This document shows, one piece after another, positions 55,773 to 64,000 of a stretch of DNA of 64,000 bases (the first letter of the stretch is position 1; the number at the start of each line of letters is the position of its first letter). The stretch is from an uncultured Solirubrobacterales bacterium (lineage in GTDB: Bacteria; Actinomycetota; Thermoleophilia; Solirubrobacterales; Solirubrobacteraceae). A program made the translations under genes and the position numbers. Under the pieces are notes generated by a model. That model did not search any database. It was not told the origin of the DNA and was given only the letters and a program-made list of their open reading frames with translations. The stretch is taken from positions 417,111 through 481,110 of the forward strand of contig CAVRYP010000009.1 in assembly GCA_963725525.1 (NCBI GenBank). The letters are read 5' to 3'.

Positions 55773-57865
55773 TTCTTCTTGCCTCCGGACAGGCCATACT
55801 TACCCCGGGCTTTTCTGATGCATGCAGCGCGCCTCGGCTTGGATCGTCGGTTACACGCCCTTAGCGCGAGCGCTAGCTTCTGCTTTCGTGCGAGCGGTGC
55901 AGATCTTACCGTCTTCGCGCTGGGCGATGTTGTAGAGATGGGGTTTCCGGCCCCTGTAAATACAGCGCTAGACGGAGGCACGAATGACTGGGGGGTTGAC
56001 GGACCGGAATGGCATGCTTCACTCGAACACTGCAGAGGCTGGTAGGGCTTTTCTTCATATCCGCCCACACGGGCATCGTATAGGGCTGTCATTTCACCCT
56101 GCCCATCGGGCAAAAGTGACTGCTCGGTCGTGAAGTACACATCGTTCCCATTTTCGCTGGCGTCAGCAAATACAGCTTCTGCTTCGGGAGCTTCGGCGGG
56201 CGAAAGCAAGTAGATATGTCCGCCCTCATACTCATATACATCCGAGTTTCCGTTTACATCCTGGGGCAAGACAGCGTCCTTTGTACTAAAGAACAACTGT
56301 CCACCGTTATTCAGATATCGCTGCTCATAGACCCCGTTGGTGGCCGACGGGAGTAGGGTGTCCCTCGTAGGGGAGGTGCCGTTGGTATTGCATGACACAC
56401 ACACAAGCTGCTTTGCCGCGAGGCTATATAGGTAGACCTCGTAATCACGTCCAATTCCACTTGCATCCTTATTTTCATACGCCGTTAGCTTCGCCTTTGA
56501 CATGAACGCGACGTATTCGCCATTAGGCGAAACCTCCGCCGTACGACCAGCAAATGTCCGAAACCAATCCCCATATGGTTCGCTAGTTCCATACAGATTC
56601 GGTGTCCTGTTATCGGCGCGTGACAATGTCACGATATATGTCAGCTTTCCTCCATGGGAAAGATATAGGTTTGGCTGTTCAGCTACCGGTCCTTCGATTT
56701 CACCTAGAGCATCCATATCGACGAAGTACACGTAACTCGCGTCAGCGCTGGTACCGAGTATTCCCTGGACCCCCCCAGCAGCAAGTTCAGCGGTTGACTC
56801 GGTAACAGTATTGTACTCGTATAGACGTTCTTCCTTCGTAAAGACAACAATGGAACCGTCTACACTGGCAGTCTGAAACTCGGCACCTGCTGCGATTAGC
56901 ACAGTTCTTTTACCGTCTTCTCGTACATATAGATTCCCAGTGTTCTCATCAGTCCAAAAAATCCGGGAACCGTCGGCCGATATGACATTAGCCAAGCTTG
57001 GCATAGAGCCAAGCCCGATATTATAGGTATCTCCATTGTCGATGCCAAACGCTGCATTAGGCTCTGTTTCACCGTTTGGTAAGACGTTTACGAGTCGTAA
57101 ACTTCCGTCGAACCACTCGTACAGATTGTTCTCAAGTTCTCCTCCATCGATGGCCGCTGATGCAAATATATTCGCCGGAGTCAATGCGTCGTTTGCCTCG
57201 AATAATATATGGCTGAAGGCGGGAGCGACATTAGTGCCGTTATTACCGCCCGCGAACAGCAGCTCAGCTATATCTTCACTTTGCCCATACCGTGCGTGGC
57301 CAAAAGTTGTAGGACTGCGATGCAGCGGCGCACCCGTAATCAACGGACGAACATTCCCGCCTTGGAAGAGATAGAGATTCGCAAAACCGGTAGGCGCTTC
57401 TTCAGTCAGCGAGATTCTACTGCTTATGACCGCCCTGGAAAGGTCCGGAGAGAAACCAACGAAACGATTGGCCGCAAGTGCCTGTTCAGCCGAAGACGGC
57501 ACACCGGGTGTCAGGTTTTGAGTCAGCCAGCCGACAGGGCCCAGTGAAGAAGCATACTGATCGAGACTGCCAAGCCGTGGCAGGTAGAAATCTTCGCCCA
57601 CATAGGTAACTGTGCTTCCAGTCGCGGCGCTTTGCATTGGACGACCGAACTGTTCCAGTGAATGCGTTAGACCACTTAGTGGAAATACCCCCCCGCCGCC
57701 AGGCGATCTCGGAGATACAAGTTCGTAGCCTCTACTGTCCGGCAATACTAGAGCACTTGAGATGCCGGGAGCAAAGAGTACGCAACAAATGCAAACCAGC
57801 ATCGACAACGGAGCACATGTGCACTTGTATATTGTACGCCTATTCCCTTTCACGCTGCTCATCAT
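55769..57865 (-). CDS. Secreted beta-propeller-like (TolB/PD40-like repeats) protein
   Basis: Signal peptide; YELVSP, ISADGSRIFW, ASVDGSIVVF, VSPNGEYVAF, ASENGNDVYF; ATGA coupling to next gene. Confidence 0.8.
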   Translation of the reverse strand: MMSSVKGNRRTIYKCTCAPLSMLVCICCVLFAPGISSALVLPDSRGYELVSPRSPGGGGVFPLSGLTHSLEQFGRPMQSAATGSTVTYVGEDFYLPRLGSLDQYASSLGPVGWLTQNLTPGVPSSAEQALAANRFVGFSPDLSRAVISSRISLTEEAPTGFANLYLFQGGNVRPLITGAPLHRSPTTFGHARYGQSEDIAELLFAGGNNGTNVAPAFSHILFEANDALTPANIFASAAIDGGELENNLYEWFDGSLRLVNVLPNGETEPNAAFGIDNGDTYNIGLGSMPSLANVISADGSRIFWTDENTGNLYVREDGKRTVLIAAGAEFQTASVDGSIVVFTKEERLYEYNTVTESTAELAAGGVQGILGTSADASYVYFVDMDALGEIEGPVAEQPNLYLSHGGKLTYIVTLSRADNRTPNLYGTSEPYGDWFRTFAGRTAEVSPNGEYVAFMSKAKLTAYENKDASGIGRDYEVYLYSLAAKQLVCVSCNTNGTSPTRDTLLPSATNGVYEQRYLNNGGQLFFSTKDAVLPQDVNGNSDVYEYEGGHIYLLSPAEAPEAEAVFADASENGNDVYFTTEQSLLPDGQGEMTALYDARVGGYEEKPYQPLQCSSEACHSGPSTPQSFVPPSSAVFTGAGNPISTTSPSAKTVRSAPLARKQKLALALRACNRRSKPRRAACIRKARGKYGLSGGKKK

Positions 57866-57910
57866 GACACGTCGATCATCGCTGCACAGTTTATGTCTCT
57901 AACTAGTCTC

Positions 57911-57947
57911 GAAACCATGTGGGACCGCAGTGGTCCCACATGGTTTC
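57911..57947. terminator. Perfect 16-bp stem-loop inside the operon (stabiliser/attenuator)
   Basis: GAAACCATGTGGGACC-GCAGT-GGTCCCACATGGTTTC. Confidence 0.75.
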
Positions 57948-57975
57948 TTCGACTTTGGTTTAGTGGTGAGACCTA

Positions 57976-58803
57976 CTATTCATTGAATGCACCGAATTCT
58001 CCGCCAGCAGTTAATTCTACCTTTATCTTGCCTTGCAATTCGGCCGGATTGGTCCCGAGGAAGAGCCTCGGCTTGATTACGGTTGCTTGATGATGCAGTT
58101 CCTTTATATTGGGATCAAGCCATGTAAGATGGCCTGCGGTTGCGTCGGCATTCTGGGGTTCGACTAAGGCAGCCGTACCCCAAACTATAGCATGTTCTTC
58201 ATTATTTTGATCGATAAACGTCGTCCTAGGACCTCTGGCGAACACTGTCAGATTGCCGACGCAGACGGTACCAGCAGGAATACGAATCGTTGTGAATGGT
58301 GCCTGGAATTCGCCTTTACCGACGGTCCCTATTTCTTCAGGTGTGGACGTCGGTGCAAAGGCATCATAGATTTTTTGCTGTCCTACTTTTGTGAGTTCTT
58401 CCGCTTCGCCACGATATTTCCACATCAGTTCTGTGAAGGCTTTTGTTTCGTCGACTGTCACTGTGTTGGCGACTTTACACGGTTCCAGCAGAGAACATTC
58501 TTCCCACTTAACTTCTGTATTATCCTCTCCTTGATGAAGGCCGTTCCAAATATTGCCTTTATCTTTTACTTTATTACACTGGACAGTCGCTGGTGCTCCT
58601 GCAATAATACTTTTTAGTTGGAAGCCTCCTTCGTTTATGCTTTTGACCTGATGCTCTTCATTTAGTTTCCATTTTACTTGTTTGCCGCCTTCCGGATGTC
58701 TCCACCACGGTCCTTCCAATGCGGCCGACGCCGCAGTAGACGCAACCGAGCCCACTGCCATAACAGCCAGCAAGCTCAGTAGCAGAACTTTAAATCGAAA
58801 CAT
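57976..58803 (-). CDS. Small secreted beta-rich protein, low GC
   Basis: GGGAG RBS; signal MFRFKVLLLSLLAVMAVGSVASTAASA; 4 Cys; AT-rich codons. Confidence 0.75.
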   Translation of the reverse strand: MFRFKVLLLSLLAVMAVGSVASTAASAALEGPWWRHPEGGKQVKWKLNEEHQVKSINEGGFQLKSIIAGAPATVQCNKVKDKGNIWNGLHQGEDNTEVKWEECSLLEPCKVANTVTVDETKAFTELMWKYRGEAEELTKVGQQKIYDAFAPTSTPEEIGTVGKGEFQAPFTTIRIPAGTVCVGNLTVFARGPRTTFIDQNNEEHAIVWGTAALVEPQNADATAGHLTWLDPNIKELHHQATVIKPRLFLGTNPAELQGKIKVELTAGGEFGAFNE

Positions 58804-58826
58804 ACTCAGACAACTCCCTTCGGTTC

Positions 58827-58856
58827 TGCTAGAAGACGTCGAAGCGTCTTCTAGCA
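58827..58856. promoter_or_regulatory. Perfect 12-bp stem-loop in the 5' leader
   Basis: TGCTAGAAGACG-TCGAAG-CGTCTTCTAGCA. Confidence 0.65.
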
Positions 58857-59385
58857 ATCTATAGAGCCGATCCCGCGGATCGACCTTCGGTATGTTCTGA
58901 ATGCCGTCGCGATGAACGCGATGACCTCTAGGAGAGTACCGACGGTCCAAACGTCGTCAAGAAATCTTCTTGGCTAGGACTGATTATTCGGGCCATCCAG
59001 AACTACGGGGCAATAGCATTCCAGCGCTGCCCGAATATCCGCATGTACAAGCGGTTTTAGCCGAGACCCGGCAGACTCAGAAGTCGGGAACGAAAAATCC
59101 AGACTCTATCCGATAACTAGAATTATAAGAACAAACAGCAGACTAGCTGCACGCAACGTCCCCTCCAGAGACCCGCCGCGTCCCCTCCCTCAGCGCAATC
59201 GCTACCGGCAGCAGCAGCAGCAGCAGCAGCCTGGGGCCCGCCTGGAGCCCCCTGGCAGGCCGGCACCATCAGCGTCGACGTGGTCGAGCGGCCCGAAGAC
59301 GACCCTACATCTCTGCGGGAGCTGCGCCGCGTGCCAGCGCGGCTGAGACATCGGGTGCACTGGACGGGGTGCCGCGGCGGGCGGT

Positions 59386-62300
59386 TCAGTGCTTGGTCTT
59401 CTTCGCTTTCTTGGCCTTCTTCGCGGGCTTGACCTTGGGGCAGCCGGTGACGGCGATCTTCGTGCTCTGCACCATCTGCGCGCCGTTCTGCGCCGTCATC
59501 GTAGTGGGCATCACGAGCTTCGTAGAGCAGAAGCTGCCGCTGGCCTTCGCCGGGAGGTTGGGGCCAAGCACCGAGTGGGGACCCTCGGGGAGATTCAGTT
59601 CAAAGGAGCTGACGGGCGCGTCGGGCACCGAGGCGAAGGTGCTCGAGGTGATGCCATGCGCGATCGAGGTGTTCCCCACGAGATCGAGACGCACCCCATC
59701 CCCCTGCAGGACCACCACGAGATCGGGGAACGCCTCGCCACCGTGCGACACGAGATAGGCAGGCCCGGACACGAGAACGGGAAGCACCGGCGTGAGAGCC
59801 TTGGCGGTCCCCACGATCGACCCCGCGGGGCAGTTGGCCGGGTTCGCTTCGAACACGGCCGCAACACACGCGAGGCGCAGGGTGGTGAGCCGCGAGGGGA
59901 GCTGCACCGGCAGCTTCACCGCAACCTTCGCGATGTTGGCCTGCCCGCTCGCGAGCGCAACCTTCACGTGGAGGCTCGCGCCCTTCGTGTGCGAAGCGTG
60001 AGCCTGCGTGGAAACCGTGAACCTGGGCTTGAAGGCAAGCGCGGCGCAATCCGCCGCCTGGAAGCGACTCGACACGGTGGCACTGGCGCCTTCGCTGCTC
60101 GCGATCGTCGCGCTCGAGGAGAGCGGCGCACAACTCGTGGGGTTGAACGTGAAGTTGGAGCGGTCGATCACGACATTGACGGCCCGCACATCGAGCGGAA
60201 TGCCCTGCAGGATCGTGGGCAGCGGATCGCTCGTGATCGTGATCTGCGCGGTGTGCGGATCCGCATTGATCGTCGCCCTCACCGCAACATTCCCGAGGTT
60301 GAACGGCCCAGCAACCGCGGGAACGACGATCAGAAGACCAAACGGCGCGCCCTTGTAGGGGCCAGTGAGAAAGACCTGGCCCCCATTGACGGTAACCGGG
60401 TCCGGGCCCGGCCCCGCCATCGCAGTGACGTGCCCGATCAGGCTCGCCGCCGGACACGCCGCCTGCGCAGCCTGCGCTTCGGTACAGAGCGGCACCTGCG
60501 AGAGCATCCCCAAGAGACCCGGGGGAGGCTTCACCGAGATCCCGCCCAACGGCTGATCCCCATCGGGACGGGTGATCGTGGTGATGAACGGGGAAAAGCT
60601 CCCCGCCGGATTGTTGGCGGTACCCGCGACGAACGAGGGAGAGAACCCTGGCGCATCGCACCCAGACTTGATCTGGAAAGGCTGGATCTGAGGCGTCACG
60701 ACGGCGCCATTCCAGCCGGTGAACTGCGCCACCGGCGTGTAGCTCCCGCATGCGCGGGGGGTCACGAGCGCCGCGCGTGGCCCCCCGAAGAAGTTCAACG
60801 TGAGATCGCTGAAGGGCAGCTGCGGGTTTTCATCGAACGTCGCCGTCAGCTGACCCGTCGCCGGATCCGCCTGCACATGACCGGCGAGCTTGATCAGCGC
60901 GCCATCGGCCTTCGCAGTCACATAGATCGCGAGCAGCGAGCCAAACGGGTTTTCGCCCTGCCGGGCTACATACACAGAGCCCGTGAGCGGCGTATCGAGC
61001 AGCGGCGTGTGCCCTGTCACCGCGCCGATCTTCGAGGCATCCGGGCAGGTCGGCTCATTGCCGTTGCTGATCCCGATCTCCGTCGGTGTGCATGCGGCCA
61101 GTCCGTTGGCGACAGACGGCGAAACGGTCATCCCCGCGGGCAGCGTCACCACCGCGCCCTTGAGATGAGCTGTCGCGAGCCCTTCCGGATTCGGGTTCTG
61201 CGGCACGCTCAGCTTGACTTCGAGACCCGTGGGGGTGTTCGTCGCCGAGGTTTCCGGCCTGACTTCGAGCGCGGGATTGAATTCGAGCTTCCCACAGCCC
61301 TGCATCGCGAGCTGGTTGCCCTTGTTGTCCGTCACCGGATAGGGGGCCGTCACGGGATAGGAGAAGGGAGGGATGGGGATACTAGGGCCGAGAGGGATCG
61401 CCGGCTGCACCCAGGAGTCCATGCTGAAGAGGTCGCTCAACGGGGTGCCGCACGAGGTGGGCATCGTCATCAGCGGCACCGACGAAGGCGCTACCGATGC
61501 TCCCCGTTCCGCGTCGTGGGAGGGATCCGAGGGCTGGCCCCACAATACCAGCGAACTGCGCAGGACGCGTACCTGCAGCAGATTTCGAAGGACGGCCTTC
61601 ACCGCGTAGCCTTCACCGGTACGCACACCGAAATCGATGAATCCAAGCAGGTTCTGGAGGGCGAACGCGAACTGGGCGACCACGCCGGGGGGCGGTTCGA
61701 GATTGTACACCGGAAACGCCGTAACGAAGTTGGCCCGACCCCCCTCAGCCTCGCTGGCAAGCAGCGTGCCGACCTGGGTATCCGCCGGACATGGGTGGAG
61801 CGATACTTGTTCCCTGTTGGCATCGAAGGTCGCCTTCGGACACATCGGTGTCGCAGTCGGATTGCCCACAAGACCAGGCGGCAGACTGACTTCCAGATCC
61901 TTTATTTCCCCTGGCAGCGCGCGCGCTTCGCCGACCTGACCGTGACTGTTTACCACGAAGTTCACGATCGCCTCGTAGGGATGCGAGCCGGCCTGCGTGT
62001 CTGGAGACCCATCGCGATTCAGCACAAGCTGTTCGAAGCTCGCCAGCCCGAACTTCGCCGACGACGAACCGATCTCGGTCTGCGTGGTGTTCTTGGCTTC
62101 GCTCGCGCCGCCCCCGGTGACGCTCACCACGTTTTCAGCCGCTCGTTCAGCGGCGTGGCTATCGATCCCGACGTGGATGACTATGTTCGGAGCAGTCTGC
62201 GTTTCGGGGACACTCTCCGGCGCTACCGTGATCACAGGAAGACCAACCGGATTGCTGGTGCACGTCACGACCGAGGTCCCTGTGCACCGCCAGTATTCTT

Positions 62301-62604
62301 CGCCTGTAGGTTCGGTTTCGATGAATTCACCATCGGCCGACGTCGCTTCCACACCCGGCGGGAGCCGATCCACCACCGTGACAGTCGATCCATTGGTCGC
62401 TGCCGTGCCGACATTCCTTACGTGCAACACATACGACCCTGTGCCGCCGGGGGCAAAATTCGTCGGAAAGCTTTCCGAAGTGACCTCGAGCACCGGACCT
62501 TCGGCAGCCATACCGGGGGCCGCGAGCGCCATGGCCGCCGCGAGCGCCACGACGAGCCCGACCGCTGCCGCAAGCGGCGACTTGACGAAACACGAACGCA
62601 TCAC
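59386..62604 (-). CDS. Large secreted Cys-paired repeat protein (paralog 3) with N-terminal DUF11-like Ig domain
   Basis: Signal peptide; YVLHVRNVG...VTVVDRLPPG; same core motifs as paralog 2; Lys-rich tail. Confidence 0.85.
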   Translation of the reverse strand: MMRSCFVKSPLAAAVGLVVALAAAMALAAPGMAAEGPVLEVTSESFPTNFAPGGTGSYVLHVRNVGTAATNGSTVTVVDRLPPGVEATSADGEFIETEPTGEEYWRCTGTSVVTCTSNPVGLPVITVAPESVPETQTAPNIVIHVGIDSHAAERAAENVVSVTGGGASEAKNTTQTEIGSSSAKFGLASFEQLVLNRDGSPDTQAGSHPYEAIVNFVVNSHGQVGEARALPGEIKDLEVSLPPGLVGNPTATPMCPKATFDANREQVSLHPCPADTQVGTLLASEAEGGRANFVTAFPVYNLEPPPGVVAQFAFALQNLLGFIDFGVRTGEGYAVKAVLRNLLQVRVLRSSLVLWGQPSDPSHDAERGASVAPSSVPLMTMPTSCGTPLSDLFSMDSWVQPAIPLGPSIPIPPFSYPVTAPYPVTDNKGNQLAMQGCGKLEFNPALEVRPETSATNTPTGLEVKLSVPQNPNPEGLATAHLKGAVVTLPAGMTVSPSVANGLAACTPTEIGISNGNEPTCPDASKIGAVTGHTPLLDTPLTGSVYVARQGENPFGSLLAIYVTAKADGALIKLAGHVQADPATGQLTATFDENPQLPFSDLTLNFFGGPRAALVTPRACGSYTPVAQFTGWNGAVVTPQIQPFQIKSGCDAPGFSPSFVAGTANNPAGSFSPFITTITRPDGDQPLGGISVKPPPGLLGMLSQVPLCTEAQAAQAACPAASLIGHVTAMAGPGPDPVTVNGGQVFLTGPYKGAPFGLLIVVPAVAGPFNLGNVAVRATINADPHTAQITITSDPLPTILQGIPLDVRAVNVVIDRSNFTFNPTSCAPLSSSATIASSEGASATVSSRFQAADCAALAFKPRFTVSTQAHASHTKGASLHVKVALASGQANIAKVAVKLPVQLPSRLTTLRLACVAAVFEANPANCPAGSIVGTAKALTPVLPVLVSGPAYLVSHGGEAFPDLVVVLQGDGVRLDLVGNTSIAHGITSSTFASVPDAPVSSFELNLPEGPHSVLGPNLPAKASGSFCSTKLVMPTTMTAQNGAQMVQSTKIAVTGCPKVKPAKKAKKAKKTKH

Positions 62605-64000
62605 TGGCCCCTCCTCCGATTGCTCGAGCCATATCGCCTGCGCGCCTGCACTTCACACGCGGTCCGCCTGTGCCTGTTGCGCTTGGCGCGGCAAGCCTTC
62701 AGTGCCCTGGCAAGCCTCTGTGCATGGGTCAATGGCTTGGGCTTCATCGGCCCGTGTGGTATGGCGTTGCCCTGCCCGCCGAAGGCAGCGCTGACAGGCG
62801 CCTGGAAGGAGGAGGCCGAAACAGCCGAATCATGGCACGCTTCGCCCGAGCACGGCGCAAGCGAGCCTTCTTCGGCGCGTCCACTCACACGCGCGTCATA
62901 TAGATCGACATTCTGGTCCCGATCGGCCGGTACGAGCTGCTCCCGCGTCGTGAAGAACACGTCGCTCCCGCTTTCGCTGGCATCCGCGAACACCGCATCG
63001 TCTCCCGCCGTCCCGGGTGAGATCAGATAGACATGGCCTTCCCGGTATTCGTACACGTCCGAGGCCCCATTGATGTCCTGAGGCAACACGGGATCGCGCG
63101 TGCTGAAGAACAGGCGCCCACCGTCGTTGAGGTATCGCTGCTGGTAGGTGGCGTTCTGAGGCGCCGGCACCCCCGTTTCGCCGGTGGGCCGCGTCCCGTC
63201 GGTGTTGCACGAGGCGCACGCAAGCGTCGCCGTTGCAGAGTCATACAGGAAGAGCTCGAGGTCGGCGCGGCCGCTGACGGTAGCGTCTGTGTTGTCGTAT
63301 CCGGTGAGGGGCCTATGCGACACGAACGCTACGTAGCGCCCATTGGGCGAGACCTCCGCGGTGCGCCCCGCGAAGGTGCGGTACCAGTCGCCTTCCACGA
63401 CGTTGCTCCCTTCTCCCTTCACTTCGTTGTCTGCCGGCGAAAGCGTCGCGATGAATCGCGTTTCGCCTTCATGGGAAAGATAGAGGTTCGGCTGCCCGGC
63501 TTCCCCATGTCCGTTCAAGACGCTTGTGGAGATGAAATAGACGTAGGCGCCGCTGTCGCTCGCGCCGAGCATGCCCTGCACCCCGCCACTCGCGAGATCG
63601 CTCGTCATTTCGCTGGCCGTGCTGTATTCGTAAAGGTGTTCTTCCTTTGTGAAGAACACCTTCGTTCCGTCGACGCTCGCCGTCTGGAACTGAGCGCCCG
63701 TTGCGATCAGCGTGGTCCGTTCACCGCTTTCGCGGACATAGAGGCTGCCGCTGTTCTCGTCAGTCCAGAAGACCTTCGAGCCGTCGGCTGAGATCACATG
63801 ACTCAGGTTTGGAAATACCAGAGAGCCCGGGTATACATCGCTATATTCGATGCCAAATGAAGCCCCGGGCTCGGTCTGCCCATCCGGAAGGATATTCACT
63901 AAATGCAAACTGCCATTCGTCCACTCGTAGAGGTTGTTCTTCAGTGCGCCTCCGTCCACAGCCGCGGGGGCGGTCGCCGTAGCTGGAGTCAACGCGTCGT
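62601..64000 (-). CDS. Second secreted beta-propeller-like protein (5' part outside window)
   Basis: Colinear with 55769: NNLYEW, ISADGS, GDWYRTFAGRTAEVSPNG, DVYEY, LYDARV; overlaps start of paralog 3. Confidence 0.82.
   Translation of the reverse strand, partial: DALTPATATAPAAVDGGALKNNLYEWTNGSLHLVNILPDGQTEPGASFGIEYSDVYPGSLVFPNLSHVISADGSKVFWTDENSGSLYVRESGERTTLIATGAQFQTASVDGTKVFFTKEEHLYEYSTASEMTSDLASGGVQGMLGASDSGAYVYFISTSVLNGHGEAGQPNLYLSHEGETRFIATLSPADNEVKGEGSNVVEGDWYRTFAGRTAEVSPNGRYVAFVSHRPLTGYDNTDATVSGRADLELFLYDSATATLACASCNTDGTRPTGETGVPAPQNATYQQRYLNDGGRLFFSTRDPVLPQDINGASDVYEYREGHVYLISPGTAGDDAVFADASESGSDVFFTTREQLVPADRDQNVDLYDARVSGRAEEGSLAPCSGEACHDSAVSASSFQAPVSAAFGGQGNAIPHGPMKPKPLTHAQRLARALKACRAKRNRHRRTACEVQARRRYGSSNRRRGQ

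Larger units (their letters stand above)
53035..60666 (+). repeat. Near-identical 1286-bp direct repeats at 53035-54320 and 59381-60666
   Basis: Same 6346-bp offset at both ends; encoded C-termini almost identical by eye. Confidence 0.85.

Noticed and set aside
59208-59230. (GCA)7 microsatellite as a phase-variation switch
   Set aside because: Intergenic triplet about 400 bp from the next start; no link to a promoter visible
59389-63030. 1213-aa plus-strand ORF and many other long overlapping ORFs
   Set aside because: Antisense or off-frame shadows of real genes, expected at high GC; no motifs

Overview
High-GC actinobacterial chromosome segment. NucS, an MprAB-like two-component pair and an expanded family of Cys-paired ~900-1070 aa secreted proteins suggest Thermoleophilia/Solirubrobacterales (inference). 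Housekeeping and common genes include an enoyl-CoA hydratase, nucS, tatA, ettA, acnA, an M42 peptidase, a PHP phosphoesterase, ABC-2 and MFS transporters, GntR and MarR regulators, two RHH/PIN toxin-antitoxin pairs and two divergent tRNA-Ser genes. Many genes are broken by small indels in patches (about 0.4-0.9, 12-16.5, 20-27.7 and 45-48.4 kb), probably long-read consensus errors, so several genes were rebuilt by eye across frames. Three candidate undescribed systems stand out. (1) A translationally coupled operon at 44.3-50.3 kb encodes a divergent PLP alpha-oxoamine synthase, a membrane GAF-PAS-GGDEF-EAL protein and an MFS exporter, resembling a CqsA/LqsA-type signal synthase wired to c-di-GMP. 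(2) A repeated secreted-protein module at 53-64 kb has a small hairpin-flanked subunit, beta-propeller proteins with a conserved Cys/basic tail, and large repeat proteins with near-identical 3' halves and swapped low-GC 5' halves; it may build a variable surface fibre or layer. (3) A type III PKS is co-oriented with two exported arylsulfate sulfotransferases and an MFS at 21.5-28.3 kb, with a PAPS-type sulfotransferase at 37.3 kb. No CRISPR, rRNA, integrase or transposase was seen. All family calls come from motif recognition; no searches were run.
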